Of a stretch of 64,000 nt of DNA, positions 1 through 13,040 are shown in pieces. The notes beneath the pieces are model-generated. The model searched no databases and had not been told where the DNA came from. It saw only the letters and a list, made by a program, of their open reading frames with translations. Each line of letters opens with the position of its first letter. Positions within the stretch are counted from its first letter, which is position 1. The translations under genes and the position numbers were made by a program. This stretch comes from Squalus acanthias (lineage: Eukaryota), in the NCBI GenBank assembly GCA_030390025.1, contig JASTWF010000339.1, positions 62,001-126,000 of the forward strand, in the 5' to 3' direction.

Positions 1-205
1 CCCCAGAGCGCTGTGGAGGCTCAGTCCTTGAGTATATTCAAGACAGAGATCGATAGATTTTTGAATATTAAGGGATATGGGGATAGTGCAGGAAAGTGGT
101 GATGAAGTAGAAGATCAGCCATGATCTTTCTGAATGGCGGAGCAGGCTCGAAGGGCCAAATGGCCTACTCCTGCACCTTGTAATTTTTTTATGTTCTTAT
201 GTTCT
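1..205 (+). mobile_element. CR1-type LINE 3' end
   Basis: ORF2 C-terminal remnant, then gatcagccatgatct...gaatggcggagcaggctcgaagggcc...ggcctactcctgc and a ttatgttc tail; same 3' UTR as the CR1 ending at about 7030. Confidence 0.8.
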
Positions 206-433
206 GACATTTCTACAGTGAACACTGCTGACCCCGAGAGTTCCTTCTGCTCCTAACACCTGGCAATGTTCCGGACTGTTCCCGTCTTCATTAATTGAGT
301 GAGGCTGCATAACTGATGGCAGGTCTCGTAACTGAATCACAAAGTTTTAATGATGCAGAGATGCCGGTGTTGGACTGGGGTGGACAAAAGTGAGAAGTCG
401 CACCAGGTTATAGTCCAACAGTTTTATTTGAAA

Positions 434-471
434 TCACAAGCTTTCGGAGCTGCTGCCCCTTCGTCAGGTGA
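434..471 (-). ncRNA. Minimal hammerhead ribozyme motif (mirror copy)
   Basis: Reverse complement of 666-703, in the left arm of the inverted repeat. Confidence 0.6.
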
Positions 472-665
472 AGTGAAGGAATACGAATCGGCAAAGCATA
501 TATAGACAGAGAACAATGCCTGTGTAGCGTACAATCTCAGACAACTACAGTTAATGTGTGTGATGAAAGGCAGTCAGAACGATTAACTGTAGTCGTCTGA
601 GATTGTACGCTACACAGGCATTGTTCTCTGTCTATATATGCTTTGCCGATTCGTATTCCTTCACT

Positions 666-703
666 TCACCTGACGAAGGGGCAGCAGCTCCGAAAGCTTG
701 TGA
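666..703 (+). ncRNA. Minimal type I hammerhead ribozyme motif
   Basis: TCAC-CTGACGA-A-GGGGC-AGCA-GCTCC-GAAA-GCTT-GTGA: stem I TCAC/GTGA, core CUGANGA and GAAA, stem II GGGGC/GCUCC, palindromic AAGCTT stem III. Confidence 0.65.
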
Positions 704-784
704 TTTCAAATAAAACTGTGGGACTATAACCTGGTGTTGTGCGACTTCTCACAAAGTTTTATGTTCAACATCCACTGTCAGCCT

Positions 785-3700
785 TTTTTTTCATTCGTTC
801 ATGGGATCTGGGCGTCGCTGTTATGCCAGCATTTATTGCCCATCCCTAATTGCCATCGAGAAGGTGGTGGTGAGCCGCCATCTTGAACTGCTACAGTCCT
901 GAGGAGACGGTATTCCCACAGTGCTGTTAGGGAGGGATTTCCAGGATTTTGACCCAGCCACGATGAAGGATCGGCGATATACTTCCAAGTCAGGATGCTT
1001 TGTGACTTGGAGGGGAACCTGGAGGTGGTGGTGTTCTCATGCGTTTGCGGCCCTTGTCCTTCTAGGTGATAGAGGTCGCGGGTTTAGAAGCCTTGGCGAG
1101 TTGCTGCAGTGCATCTTGTAGAAGGTCCACACTGCAGCCACGGTACGCCGGTGGTTGAGGGAGTGAATATACAAGGTGGTGAATGGGGTGCTAATCAAGC
1201 GGGCTGCTTTATCCTGGATGGTGTCGAGCTTCTTGAGTGTTGTTGGAGCTGCACTCATCCAGTCAAGTGGAGAGTATTCCATTACACTCCTGACTTGTGG
1301 AAAGTCTTTGGGGAGTCACTTGCAGCAGAATACCTAGCCCCTGACCTGCTCTTGTTGCCACAGTATTGATATGGCTGGTTTGTTAAGTTTCTGGTCAATG
1401 GTGATCCCCAGGATATTAATGGTGGCTGATTCGGCGATGGTAATGCCGTTGAATGTCAAGGAGCGGTGGTTAGGATCTCGCTTTTTGGAGATTGTCATTG
1501 CCTGGTACTTGTGTGGCGCGAATTTTACCTGCCATTTATCAGCACAAGCCTAAATGTCGTCCAGGTCTTGCTGCATGCGAACATGGACTGCTTCATTATC
1601 TGAGGAGTTGTGAATGGCACTGAACTCTGTGCAGTCATCAGCGAACATCCCCATTTCTGACCTTATGTTGGAGGGAAGGTCATTGATTAAGCAGCTGAAG
1701 ATGGCTGGGCCTAGGAAACTGCCATGAGAACTCCTGCAGCGATGTACTGGGACTCTGATGATTGACCTTCAATCACCACAACCATCTTCCTTTGTGCTGG
1801 TATGACTCCAGCCAGTGGAGAGTTTCCGCCCACCCCCGATTCCCATTGACTTCAGTTTTACTAGGGCTCCTTGATGCCACACTCGGTCAAATGCCGACTT
1901 GATTTCAAGGCCAGTCACTCTCACCTCACCTCTGGAATTCAGCTCCTTAGTCCATGATTGGACCAAGGCTGTAAGGGGGTCTGGAGCCGAGTGGTCCTGG
2001 CGGAACCCAGACTGGGCATCAGTGAGCAGGTTATTGATGAGTAAGTGCTGTTTGATAGCACTGTCGACGGAACCTTCCATCACTTTGCTGATGATTGAGA
2101 GTAGACTGATGGGGTGGTAATTGACCGGATTGGATTTGTCCTGCTTTTTTGTGGACAGGACATACCTGGACAGTTTTCTACATTTTCGGATAGATGCCAG
2201 TAGCTGTACTGGAACAGCTCGTCTAGAGGCACGGCTACTTCTGGAGCACAGGTCTTCAGCATGACAGCCGGGATGCTGTCGGGACCCACAGTCTTTGCTA
2301 TATCCAGTGCGCTCAGCCGTTTCTTGATATTACGTGAAGTCAATCGAATTAGCTTAAAACTGGCTTCTGTGGTGGTGGGGACCTCAGGAGGAGGCCGATA
2401 TGGATCATCCACTCGGCACTTCTGGCTGAAGATGGTTGCAAATGCTTCAGCCTTGTCTTTTGCACTCATGTGCTGGGCTCCACCATCATTGAGGATGGGC
2501 ATATTCTTGGAGCCTCCTCCTCCCGTTAGTTGTTTAATGGTCCACCACCATTCACGACTGCATGTGGCAGGACTGCAGAGCTTTGATCTGATCCGTAGAT
2601 TGTGGGATCTCTGTCTATAGCATGCTGCTTCCACTTTTTAGCATGCATGCTGTGTTGCAGCTTCCCCGGGTTGGCATCACATTTTAGGTACGCCTAGAGC
2701 TGCACCTGGCATGCTCTTCTGCACTCCTTATTGAAAAAGGGTTGGTCCCCTGGCCTGATGGTAATGGTAGAGTGAGGGTTATGCCGGGCCATGTGGTTAC
2801 AGATTGTGGTGGAATACAATTCTGCTGCTGCTGATGGCCCACAGCGCATCATGGATGCTCAGTTTTGATCTGCTAGATCCGTTCTGAATCTATCCCATTT
2901 AGCATTGTGGTAGTGCCACACAACCCGATGGAGGATGTGCTCAGTGTGAAGACGGGATTCGTTTCCACAATGACTGTACATTGGTCCCTGCTACCAATGC
3001 TGCCGTGGACAGATGCATCTGCGACAGGTAAATTGGTGATGACGAGGTCAAGTAGCTTTTTCCCTCATGTTGTTTATTCGACCACCATCCCAGGCCAGCT
3101 CGGTCAGTAGTGGTGCTACCGAGCCACTCTTGGTGATGGACTTTGAAGTCCCCCATCCAGAGTACATTCTGTGCCCTTACTACTCTCAGTGCTTCTTCCA
3201 AATGGTGTTCAATATGGAGGAGTACTGATTCATCAGCTGAGGGAGTGTGGTCGGTGGTAATCAGCAGGAGGTTTCTTTGCCCATGCATGACCTGAATCCA
3301 TGAGACTTCATGGGGTCCGGAGTCAATGTTGAGGACTCCCAGGACCAGTCCTTAGCGGCTGCATACGACTGTGCCACCACCCCTCGTGAGTCTGTCCTGC
3401 TGGTGGGACAGGACATACCCAGGGATGGTGATAGAGGGGTTTGGGACATTGGTTGAAAGATATGATTCTGTGAGTATGACTATGTCAGGCTGTTATTGGA
3501 CTAGTCTGCGGGACAGCTGTCCCAATTTTGGCACAAGTCCCCAGATGTTGCAGGGTGGACTGGGCTGGATTTGCCATTGTCGTGTCCACAGCCGGTGCCG
3601 CGTCCGGTTTAATTCTTATTATTTTTCACAGCGGTTTCTTTACACCTGAGTGACTTGCTCGGCCATTTCAGAGGGCAGTTAAGAGTCAACCACATTGCTG

Positions 3701-3945
3701 TGGGTCTGGAGTCACATATAGGCCAGACCGGGTAATAATGGCAGATTTCCTTCCCTAAAGGAAATTACAGCAATCCGGTAGTTTCATGGTCACCTTTACT
3801 GATACTAGCTTTCTATTCCAGATTTATTTAATTAACTGAATTGAAATCCCCCAGTTTCCGTGCTGAGATTTGAATATTCTCTGGATCATTAACCCAGGCC
3901 TCTGAATTACGAACCTAGTAACATTACCACTCCGCTACCGCTCCC
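785..3945 (-). mobile_element. Degenerate near-full-length non-LTR retrotransposon (CR1-group, here 'family B')
   Basis: Fragmented ORFs with APE-like (WMGDFKVHH) and RT motifs (GPDSIP, QSGFR, SAFDRVWH, MEYSPLDW); 3' tail cccatgaacgaat plus poly-A at about 785-810; homologous to 21885-25074. Confidence 0.85.
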
Positions 3946-3959
3946 GATCATTTATCCAG

Positions 3960-4250
3960 ACAGCGCTGTGCAGTGCTGAGCAAGTGCTGCATTGTAGGAG
4001 GTGCCTTTCATCGAATGAGGCCTCATGCTCTGCCACTTCCGGTGGTTCCGATGGACACCGAAGATCCCAGGTGACTATCAGAAGCAGAGCTCGGAGTTTT
4101 CACTGTGTCCTCGCAACATCCCCATCTCAAAGTCAGAAGCTCCAATTGTCCGTCCACCCCTAGTTGTTTGCGAATCTTTCGGCACAAGTTGACTTCCAAA
4201 AGTGAATAATTTTACAGTAATTCATCGGATGAGGGAGTTTTGGATCCTCC
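3960..4250 (+). mobile_element. Old Deu-SINE-like element
   Basis: tgcagtgctgag...gtgctgcattgtaggaggtgcc...aagatccca...gtgtcctcgcaacat resembles the Deu-SINE central domain (from recall); shared with the duplicate at about 21610-21870. Confidence 0.45.
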
Positions 4251-4448
4251 GCAGGTTCTCATCCTTTTTAAATGCACTTTTTCCTATTTTCTTGTTACTT
4301 TCCACTTTCATTGTCGGTTTCATATTTACCTTTCGAAAATATCTTCTCTACTGCTTTACTGATATGTTATTTCTTTGTCTATTTGATGTTCCCACGTTTG
4401 TTTGGAGGTATTTCCGATGCTCTCTTGTTCTCCAACAGAAGCAGGTGT

Positions 4449-6929
4449 CCAAACAGTAGTAGTGAGGTGGGGGAGGGTATGAAACAGGAAATCAGAGGTG
4501 CATGCAAAAAAGGCGCAGCAGTTATCATGGGTGACTTTAATATGCATATAGATTGGGCTACTCAAACTGGAAGCAATACGGTGGAGGAGGATTTCCTGGA
4601 GTGTTTAAGGGATGGTTTCCTAAACCAATATGTTGAGGAACCAACTAGAGGGGAGGCCATCCTGGACTGGGTGTTGTGTAATGAGGAAGGACTAATCAGC
4701 AATCTTGTGGTGCGAGGCCCCTTGGGGAAGAGTGACCATAGTATGGTGGAGTTCTACATTAGGATGGAGAAGGAAACAGTTAATTCAGAGACCATGGTCC
4801 AGAACTTAAATAAGGGCAACTTTGAGGGTATGAGGCGTGAATTGGCGAGGTTAGATTGGCAAGCGATATTTAAGGGGTTATCAGTGGAAGGGCAATGGCA
4901 GACATTTAGAGATCGCATGGATGAACTACAGCAATTGTACATCCCTGTCTGGCGTAAAAATAAAAAAGGGAAGGTGGCTCAACCATGGCTAACAAGGGAA
5001 ATCAGGGATAGTATTAAAAGCAAGGAAGTGGCATACAAATTGGCCAGAAGTAGCAGCAAACCCGGGGACAGGGAGAACTTTAAAACTCAGCAGAGGAGGA
5101 CGAAGGGTTTGATTAGGGCAGGGAAAATAAAATATGAAAGGAAGCTTGCGGAGAACATTAAAACAGACTGCAAAAGCTTCTATAAATATGTAAAAAGAAA
5201 GAGGTTAGTAAAAACAAACGTAGGTCCCCTGCAGTCAGAAACAGGGGAAGTCATAATGGGGAACAAAGAAATGGCTGATCAATTGAACAAGTACTTTGGT
5301 TCGGTGTTTACTGTGGAGGACACAAACAACCTTCCGGAAATAAAAGAGATCAAAGGATCTGGTAAGAGGGAGGAGCTGAGGGAAATCGTTATCAGTCGGG
5401 AAAAGGTGTTGGGGAAATTGATGGGACTGAAGGCTGATAAATCCCCAGGGCCTGATGGTCTGCATCCCAGAGTACTTAAGGAGGTGGCCTTGGAAATAGT
5501 GGATGCATTGACGATCATTTTCCAACATTCCTTAGACTCCGGATCAGTTCCGAAGGAGTGGAGGGTGGCTAATGTAACCCCTCTTTTTAAAAAAGGAGGG
5601 AGGGAGAAAGCAGGGAATTATAGACCGGTCAGCCTGACATCGGTGGTGGGTAAAATGATGGAATCAATTATTAAAGATGTCATAACAGACCATTTGGAAA
5701 GTGGCGACATGATAGGTCCAAGTCAGCATGGATTTGTGAAAGGGAAATCATGCTTGACAAATCTTCTGGAATTTTTTGAGGATGTTTCCAATAGGGTGGA
5801 CGGGGGGGAACCAGTAGATGTGTTGTATTTGGACTTTCAGAAGGCCTTCGACAAGGTCCCACACAAGAGATTGGTGTGCAAAGTTAAAGCACATGGGATT
5901 GGGGGTAATGTGTTGACGTGGATTGAGAACTGGTTGGCACACAGGAAACAAAGAGTAGGAGTAAATGGGTACTTTTCAGAATGGCAGGCAGTGACCAGCG
6001 GGGTACTGCAGGGTTCGGTGCTGGGGCCCCAGCTGTTTACATTATATATTAATGATTTGGACGAAGGGATTAATTGTAATATCTCCAAATTTGCGGATGA
6101 CACTAAATTGGGAGGCAGTGTGAACAATGAGGAGGATGCTAGGAGGCTACAGAGTGACTTGGACAGGTTGGGTGAATGGGCAAATGTATGGCAGATGAAG
6201 TACAATGTGGATAAATGTGAGGTTATCCACTTTGGTGGTAAAAATAGGGAGGCAGACTATTACCTGAATGGTGGCAGATTAGGGAAAGGGGAGGTCTAAC
6301 GAGACCTGGGCGTCATGGTACATCAGTCACTGAAGGTGGGAAGGCAAGTGCAGCAGGCAGTCAAGAAAGCAAATGGCATGATGGCCTTCATAGCAAGGGG
6401 ATTTGAGTACAGGAGTAGGGAGGTGATGCTACAGTTGTACAGGGCCTTGGTGAGGCCACACCTGGAGTATTGTGTGCAGTTTTGGTCTCCTAACTTGAGG
6501 AAGGACATTCTTGCTATTGAGGGAGTGCAACGAAGGTTCACTAGATTGATTCCTGGGATGTCCAGACTGACATATCAAGAAAGACTGGATCAACTGAACT
6601 TGTATCCTCTGGAGTTCAGAAGAATGAGGGGGGATCTTATAGAGACGTTTAAAATCCTGACTGGTTTAGACAAATTAGATGTGGGCAGAATGTTTCCAAT
6701 GTTAGGGAAAACTAAAACCAGGGGTCACAGTCTAAGGATAAAGGGGAAGCCATTTAAGACTGAGATGAGGAGGAATTTCTTCACCCAGAGAGTGGTGAAT
6801 CTGTGGAATTCTCTACCACAGAAGGTTGTTGAGGCCAGTTCGCTAAATATATTCAAAAGGGAGTTAGATATAATACTCACAACTAGGGGGATCAAGGGGT
6901 ATGGCGAGAAAGCAGGAATGGGGTACTGA
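4449..6929 (+). pseudogene. CR1 ORF2 (APE C-part + reverse transcriptase) with one in-frame stop
   Basis: MGDFN, SDH, KSPGPDG, YRPVSL, QHGF, DFQKAFD, QGSVLGP, KFADD motifs; ORFs 4272-6299 and 6315-6929 are in one frame, separated only by TAA at 6297-6299. Confidence 0.9.
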
Positions 6930-7030
6930 GGTAGCATGTTCAGCCATGAACGCATTAAATGGCGGTGCAGGCTCGAAGGACCGAATGGTCTACTCCTGCA
7001 CCTATTTTCTATGTTTCTATGTTTCTATGT
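4449..7030 (+). mobile_element. Young 5'-truncated CR1 LINE
   Basis: ORF2 from mid-endonuclease to the C-terminus, 3' UTR and (tttctatg)3 tail; absent from the paralogous intron, where gcaggtgcccacagc-gtaagcgatc is contiguous (about 21311-21335, - strand). Confidence 0.93.
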
Positions 7031-7139
7031 AAGCGATCCGTTTCCAACTCAGGATCACTTGTCAAAGCTGTAAATTTCACACTGAATCCTGTCAAACGGA
7101 TGATTTTGCTGGGATTCGGACCAGCAATATTCCTGTTCT

Positions 7140-7540
7140 CGCTCTCACACATATTCACTCTCTCTCCCTCTCTCTCACGCACATTCACTCTCTCTCCCTC
7201 TCTCTCACACACATTCACTCTCTCTCCCTCTCTCACACACATTCACTCTCTCTCCCTCTCTCTCACACACATTCACTCTCTCTCCCTCTCTCCCTCTCTC
7301 ACTCTCTACCTCTCTCTCACACACATTAACTCTCTCTCCCTCTCTCACGCACATTGACTCTCTCTCCCTCTCTCTCACACACATTAACTCTCTCCTTCTC
7401 TCTCACACACATTCACTCTCTCTCCCTCTCTCTCACACATTAACTCCCTCTCCCTCTCTCTCACACACATTCACTCTCTCTCCCTCTCTCACACACACAT
7501 TCACTCTCTCTCCCTCTCTCACATTCCCTCTCTCTCTCTG
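7140..7540 (+). repeat. About 30-bp CT-rich minisatellite (cacattcactctctctccctctctctcaca)n
   Basis: Directly visible; abuts the splice acceptor ttacag at 7541-7546. Confidence 0.9.
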
Positions 7541-7546
7541 TTACAG

Positions 7547-8457
7547 CTAACTTGGCAGTGATTGTGATCCTGTCCCGAGGAAGGTGCGGTCTCTCCAGAT
7601 GTGTCACTCGGTACCTGGTGTCCATGGCGGTGACGGATCTCCTGGTCATTATCACCGCTGTGATATTAAACCGGATTGCTGTTATTTATTTCCCATAAAG
7701 TTTCCTGTCCCTCACTCCGGTCTGTAGTCTCCGTTCTGCCCTAATCTATGCAGTCATAGACAGTTCTGTCTGGTTCACGGTCGCTTTCACCTTTGATCGA
7801 TTTGTGGCCAATCGTTGCCAGAAGCGGAAAACAAAATATTGCATCGGGAAAACGGTGGCGGGAGTTATAGGAAAGGTCTGTGCTCTGAGCTGCTTCAAAA
7901 ATACCTTCTTGTATTTTATATATGAACCTTTGTACACAATTAACAACATACCCTGGTTCTGCAGCATAAAATTAATATATTATACCTCACCTGCATGGAT
8001 CGTATTTGACTGGATTCACCACATTGTAACCCCGTGTCTCCAAATCATTCTGATTTTGCGGCTCAATGCTCTGACCGTCAGACACATTCTAGCGGCCAGT
8101 AGAGCCCGCAGGAGACTCCGAACCCACAGCAATGGGGATAATTAGAGTGACCCAGAGATGGAGAGCCGGAAAAGGTCCATCGTCTTACTCTTCTGTATCT
8201 CGGGCAATTTCAGCCTGTTACATGTGTTATTACTGAGAACTTTCCTCTATGTCCGGATTACGAACGTTACTTATAATAACTCAGGTTCCAATTTCAATGA
8301 ATCAACTTTTATTCTGGAGGAAAGCAGATATATGCTTCAGTTTTTGAGTTCCTGCATCAACCCGTTTATTTATGCAGGGACTCAGGGCAAATTCAGAGAG
8401 GAGTTAAAGAATGGGGTGAAATATCCTCTGAGTCTAATTGTTAAATCATTTAAATGA
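7547..8457 (+). pseudogene. GPR139-like class A GPCR, exon 2, pseudogene
   Basis: Acceptor AG 7545-7546, then NLAVIVILSRGRCG...FTFDRFVA...NPFIY; in-frame stops TAA 7696-7698 and TAG 8143-8145; exon 1 not in the window. Confidence 0.88.
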
Positions 8458-9429
8458 TGAAAATAGTAAAGTATAGCATGAATTGTACCTTATATTCCAT
8501 GCTGTGCTCTTCTTGTCCGTGTCAGACACGGCCTCCACTCCCAGATACACAGTCACTCACTCTAAGATCCTTACCCAATGTGAATTTAAGAATGTATGAG
8601 GAACACTGCATCAGCGCACAATTCAGTGTTGTAACCCGTTCTCAGTTAGTTTCCAGTTCTCTTGTCGGTGCTGACTCAGGCCTGGGACATTCCCACCAGC
8701 CACGAGGGCCCTGGAGTATCTTTACATTCATGGGGAGTCCGACCTCTGATCGGTGATTGGATATCAAGTTTAACTGTTTAATGAAGGGACCCAATGTCCC
8801 TCCTGGGAATGGTTTGCATCTTGAGGCTCGGATACGCTCTGAAATGGCAGCACGCGCTGTCCCCACGCATTGTTCTCCGCTCATTGGGCCCCGCCCCACA
8901 GCCGCACTCCTGTGTCCATAAACACAGGAACAGAGGAATTGCTGGAGGATAAAGACAAAGGACCATCCAGGTCACTTTCTGCTCTTTTCAATGTCCAATT
9001 GGGACGTCATCCCCAGTGTAATTAAACAAAATAAAATTAATCTAACGAACGTGCCCCCCTTTGTAAAGGGGCACAAACAATAATCAACAAAATCATACAA
9101 ATAGAAAACTTTGTAAATTAAATGAGAATATTATCTTCACTATCTTTTATACACTCAAGTCTAGTTCGCTTTTTACCATCCTGGTAGTCCCCCGATACAA
9201 TCATAATGGAGTTGTTGCCTAATCACAGAAATCAATCTCTGTCGAATAGTCTACAACAGACCCAGACATGAGGTGAGGAAAACCCCAGTGGTGGAGAGCT
9301 TCAGGAACCATAGGACCACAGTCACCTGTTCCTCCCGAGCACACTGCACTTACCACATGTCATGTCCCTAATTACTCACATACTGTGTCCCCAAGTGTTA
9401 TACTAGGAAGGATATCTATTTAATTTGCA

Positions 9430-11350
9430 TTTGAATGAATCAACACTAACTGCTTCCACCCTCTCCCTAGGGAGCCTGTCCATAGATTGACCACTCACTC
9501 ACTGAAATACTATTTCAGCAGATTGGGTTTGAATTGAGCCCCTTCAAGCGCAGGCCGTGTCCTATGGTACGACTGTCTGGACAAGGTGAAGTCGTGCTCG
9601 ACATTATCTGGTCCCTTTAGAATCCTAAAAACAGCAATCATATCTCCCCTCGACATTCTCTTTTCCAGGGAGAACTTGCTCAATGTACAGAATCGCTCCT
9701 CACAATCCAATCCCTCCATCCTCCAGTAATTCTCGTCACTCTCTTCCGTGTCCGTTCAATAGCTGCAATACCCTGTGGTGTCCAGAACTGTACACAGTAG
9801 TCTGAGCTCGGTTGCACCAATGATTTATAAAGTGGGGCAGGATTGCCTCCCTATCTCAGCACAATATTGACCGTTAATACAGCCCAACGCCTGATTTGCT
9901 TTACTCATTGTTGCGATAGTTTCAATTTATTGTCAATAAGACCCCCAGATCTCTTTCATTTTCTATGGAGATTAATTGTTTTCATTTAAGTGATTGTCCC
10001 TTCCTGGATTTTTTGTCTCCCTGTGACGCACTTTGCCTTTCTCTACATTGAATGACATCTGTCGCCTGTCTGCCCAATCCCCCAGTATTTAAATCATCCT
10101 GTAGTTTATCCTCTTCAGCTTTGCAGTCTGCCACATTCACCAGCTTTGTTTCATCTGAAACGTTGTGACTCCTAGTTCCAGATGATTGATAAAGATATTA
10201 AACAAAAGAGGTACAAGCAGATCTCTGTGGGACCCCACTGGTAACATTCTCCCAGGCCGATGACAATCCCTGTATCACCGCTCTCTGGGGTCTATCGGTG
10301 CACTAATTACACATCCCTTGTAAAATATTTCCACTGATTCTCACTATCTTTCTTTTCAGACCCATCCTTTCCAGAGGATGGGTATACAAAGCCTAACTGA
10401 AGCCAAGTACACCTCACCCACTGCCTCACCCCTGTCCAGCTCCTTTGTCACACCCTCAAAGAGAACTAGTGAACTATATCGGCAAGGCCTCCCCATCATG
10501 AACAGATACTGGTTAGATTTTAAGATGATGTTTCAATCCAGATGCTCCATGATCTTATCTTTAATCAGGGTTTCCATGACTTTACCCACAATGGACCTCT
10601 AACTCACTGGTCTGTAGTTTCCTGGGTCACTTTTGCCACCTTCTTTTTAGAATATAAGCTTAGCATCTGCCTTTCTCCAGTCCCCGGCACCTCTACAGCA
10701 TTCAATAATTTCTCCCAGATATATGCCCGAGTTCCTGCAATTTTCTCCCTTATCTCCACAAGGATCCTCGGATGAATCTTTCCCGGCCCCTGAGATTGAT
10801 TCATTTTAAGATTGCACAGCTATTCGTCAACCATGCTGGTGGTAATGTGAATAGTGTCACAACTTACATCTGCAAAACCCTCTATTTCCCATTTCCAGTT
10901 CAAATATATTACCACTTCTCTCCTTGGTAGAAACGGAGGCAAAATTCTTCTTTAGCCCTTGTGCAGCCTGTGTAGCGTCAGGTGTCAGGCCCTCACCCGA
11001 TCACACTGACAGTGGCCCACTCCTTCCATCGTTCCACCATTTTCTCTTAATGTAGCTAAAAAACACAAATTATTGACCTTCCCTTCGATTGCTATATTCA
11101 AATCGAAATTTTTCTTTGCCATCTTTATGCCCTTTTTACACTCCAGGCAAGCGTTTAGTGTTGAATCCATCTGCACGACTTATTGTGCTATCTAACAGTG
11201 TCGTCAGTAATCTTGGACAAATGCCTCTCTATTTGCCTCATCTCCAGGGATGCCTTTTGGTATTGAATCCAACTTAATTCTGTTCTATTTAATTCATGAC
11301 TTTAAATGCTTTATTTATTTCGTTGTACTCCTGTCAGCATAGCTTTCAGG
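9430..11350 (-). mobile_element. Old degenerate CR1-group LINE
   Basis: Remnants GPGKIHPRILVE (10604-10804) and LEKRMSRGDMIAVFRILKG (9510-9719). Confidence 0.7.
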
Positions 11351-11549
11351 GTCAGGGTTGCACGCAAGCCCTCCCAGCACATCAAGGTGCAGTCACTAGG
11401 GTGGTGTGTATATTTGTTGGTGGAAAGACAAATTCATTAATAATTGCAGACAATTATATAATTGATTATAACTTTTTGTCAACTACTCACTGACTTATAA
11501 TGTAAATTCATTAAATGCTTACATTAAATTCAGACAACATATGATTGAT

Positions 11550-12340
11550 TCGAATCTGTCTTCACAAAAGAGGCGAAATCTGCCAATGTCACGGTAAAGG
11601 AGGATGTTGGAGCAATTGTATCGGATAAAATAGGTAAATAAGTTGGCAGTGAACAAAGTAGAAAAGTCACCCGGTCCGGATGGGATGCATCCTAGTTTGT
11701 TGAGAGGAGTAGGCGTGGAAATAGCGGAGGCTCTGGTCACAATTTTTCAACCTTCCTTGGATACAGAAGAGTTCCTAGACGACTGGAGGTTTGCAAATGT
11801 TACACCCTGTTCAAGAAAGGGGAGAGGGATTTACCTGTAACTGCAGGTCTGTCAGCCTAACATCGGTGGCAGGAAAAGTTCTAGTGAGCAAAATCCGGGG
11901 CAAATTAATTGTCACTTGGAAGAACATGGGTTAATAAATGGCAGCCAACACGGATTTGTAAAAGGAAAATCGTGTCAGAATAACTTGATTGAGTAATTCG
12001 ATGAAATAACAGAGGGTTTATGGCGGTAGTGATGTTAGTGTGTATACGGACTTTCAAAAGGTGTTTGATGAAGTGCCATGTAATAGACTTGTTAGCAAAA
12101 TGGAAGTCCATGGGATTAATGAGGCAGTGCCAGCATGGATACAACATTGGTAAGGGACAGAAAGCAGAGAGTAGTGGTGAACAGGTTTGTTCAGACCAGA
12201 GGAAAGTATACAGTGGTGTCCCCCAGGGGTCCACTGCTCTTTTTGATATATATTAATGACCTGTACCTAGGAGCCATAATTTCAAATTTTGGAGATGGAA
12301 CAAAACTTCGAAATGTTGTAAATAATGTGGAGGATTGTGG
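11550..12340 (+). mobile_element. CR1 RT fragment
   Basis: KSPGPDGMHP, GVPQGS and LFLIYINDL...FGDGTKL remnants with frameshifts. Confidence 0.75.
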
Positions 12341-12504
12341 AGAGTTCCAGATTTTCACTACACTTTGTGTGAAGAAGTGGTTTCTGGCATCACCGCTGAA
12401 CGGTCAAACTCTAATTCTAATTTAAGCCCCGTTGTCCTGGACTCCACAACCAGAAGAAATGTTTTCTCGTTATTTACCCACTAAAATTCTTCAATCCTCC
12501 CTGG

Positions 12505-13040
12505 GTGGGTTCAGTTCTACACTCACTGGTTCCCCTCCCTCTCCTCCCCTGAAGGTGCTGACTCTGGCTGGGTTCAGTTCTACACTCACTGGTTCCCCTC
12601 ACTCTCCTCCCCTGAAGGTGCTGACTCTGGCTGGGTTCAGTTCCACACTCACTGGTTCACCTCCCTCTCCTCTCCTCTCCTCTCCTCCCCTGAAGGTGCT
12701 GACTCTGGCTGAGTTCAGTTCTACACTCACTGGCTCCCCTCCCTCTCCTCCCCTGAAGGTGCTGACTCTGGCTGGGTTCAGTTCTACACTCACTGGTTCC
12801 CCTCCCTCTCCTCCCCTGAAGGTGCTGACTCTGGCTGGGTTCAGTTCCACACTCACTGGTTCCCCTCCCTCTCCTCCCCTGAAGGTGCTGACTCAGGCTG
12901 GGTTCAGTTCCACACTCACTGGTTCCCCTCCCTCTCCTCCCCTGAAGGTGCTGACTCTGGCTGGGTTCAGTTCTACACTCACTGGTTCTCCTCCCTCTCC
13001 TCCCCTGAAGGTGCTGACTCTGGCTGGGTTCAGTTCTACA
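12505..13040 (+). repeat. 63-bp minisatellite (about 8 copies)
   Basis: Unit gggttcagttctacactcactggttcccctccctctcctcccctgaaggtgctgactctggct; same family inverted at 51488-51900. Confidence 0.95.

Larger units (their letters stand above)
350..748. mobile_element. Non-autonomous Penelope-like element with inverted pLTR arms
   Basis: Near-perfect inverted arms about 390-555 and 582-752; 13-bp direct repeat TCACAAAGTTTTA at 337-349 and 749-761; hammerhead core in each arm; empty site in the paralogous segment at 25097-25109. Confidence 0.75.

Noticed and set aside
4272..4448. Hydrophobic N-terminus on CR1 ORF2 suggesting a domesticated membrane-anchored RT
   Set aside because: It is intronic flank shared with the paralogue and is in frame by chance; the ORF also has an internal stop.
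8630..9074. Possible solo LTR (TGTAAC...GGCACA) downstream of the GPCR
   Set aside because: No matching TSD, and the second copy is explained by the segmental duplication; cannot be supported without a repeat library.
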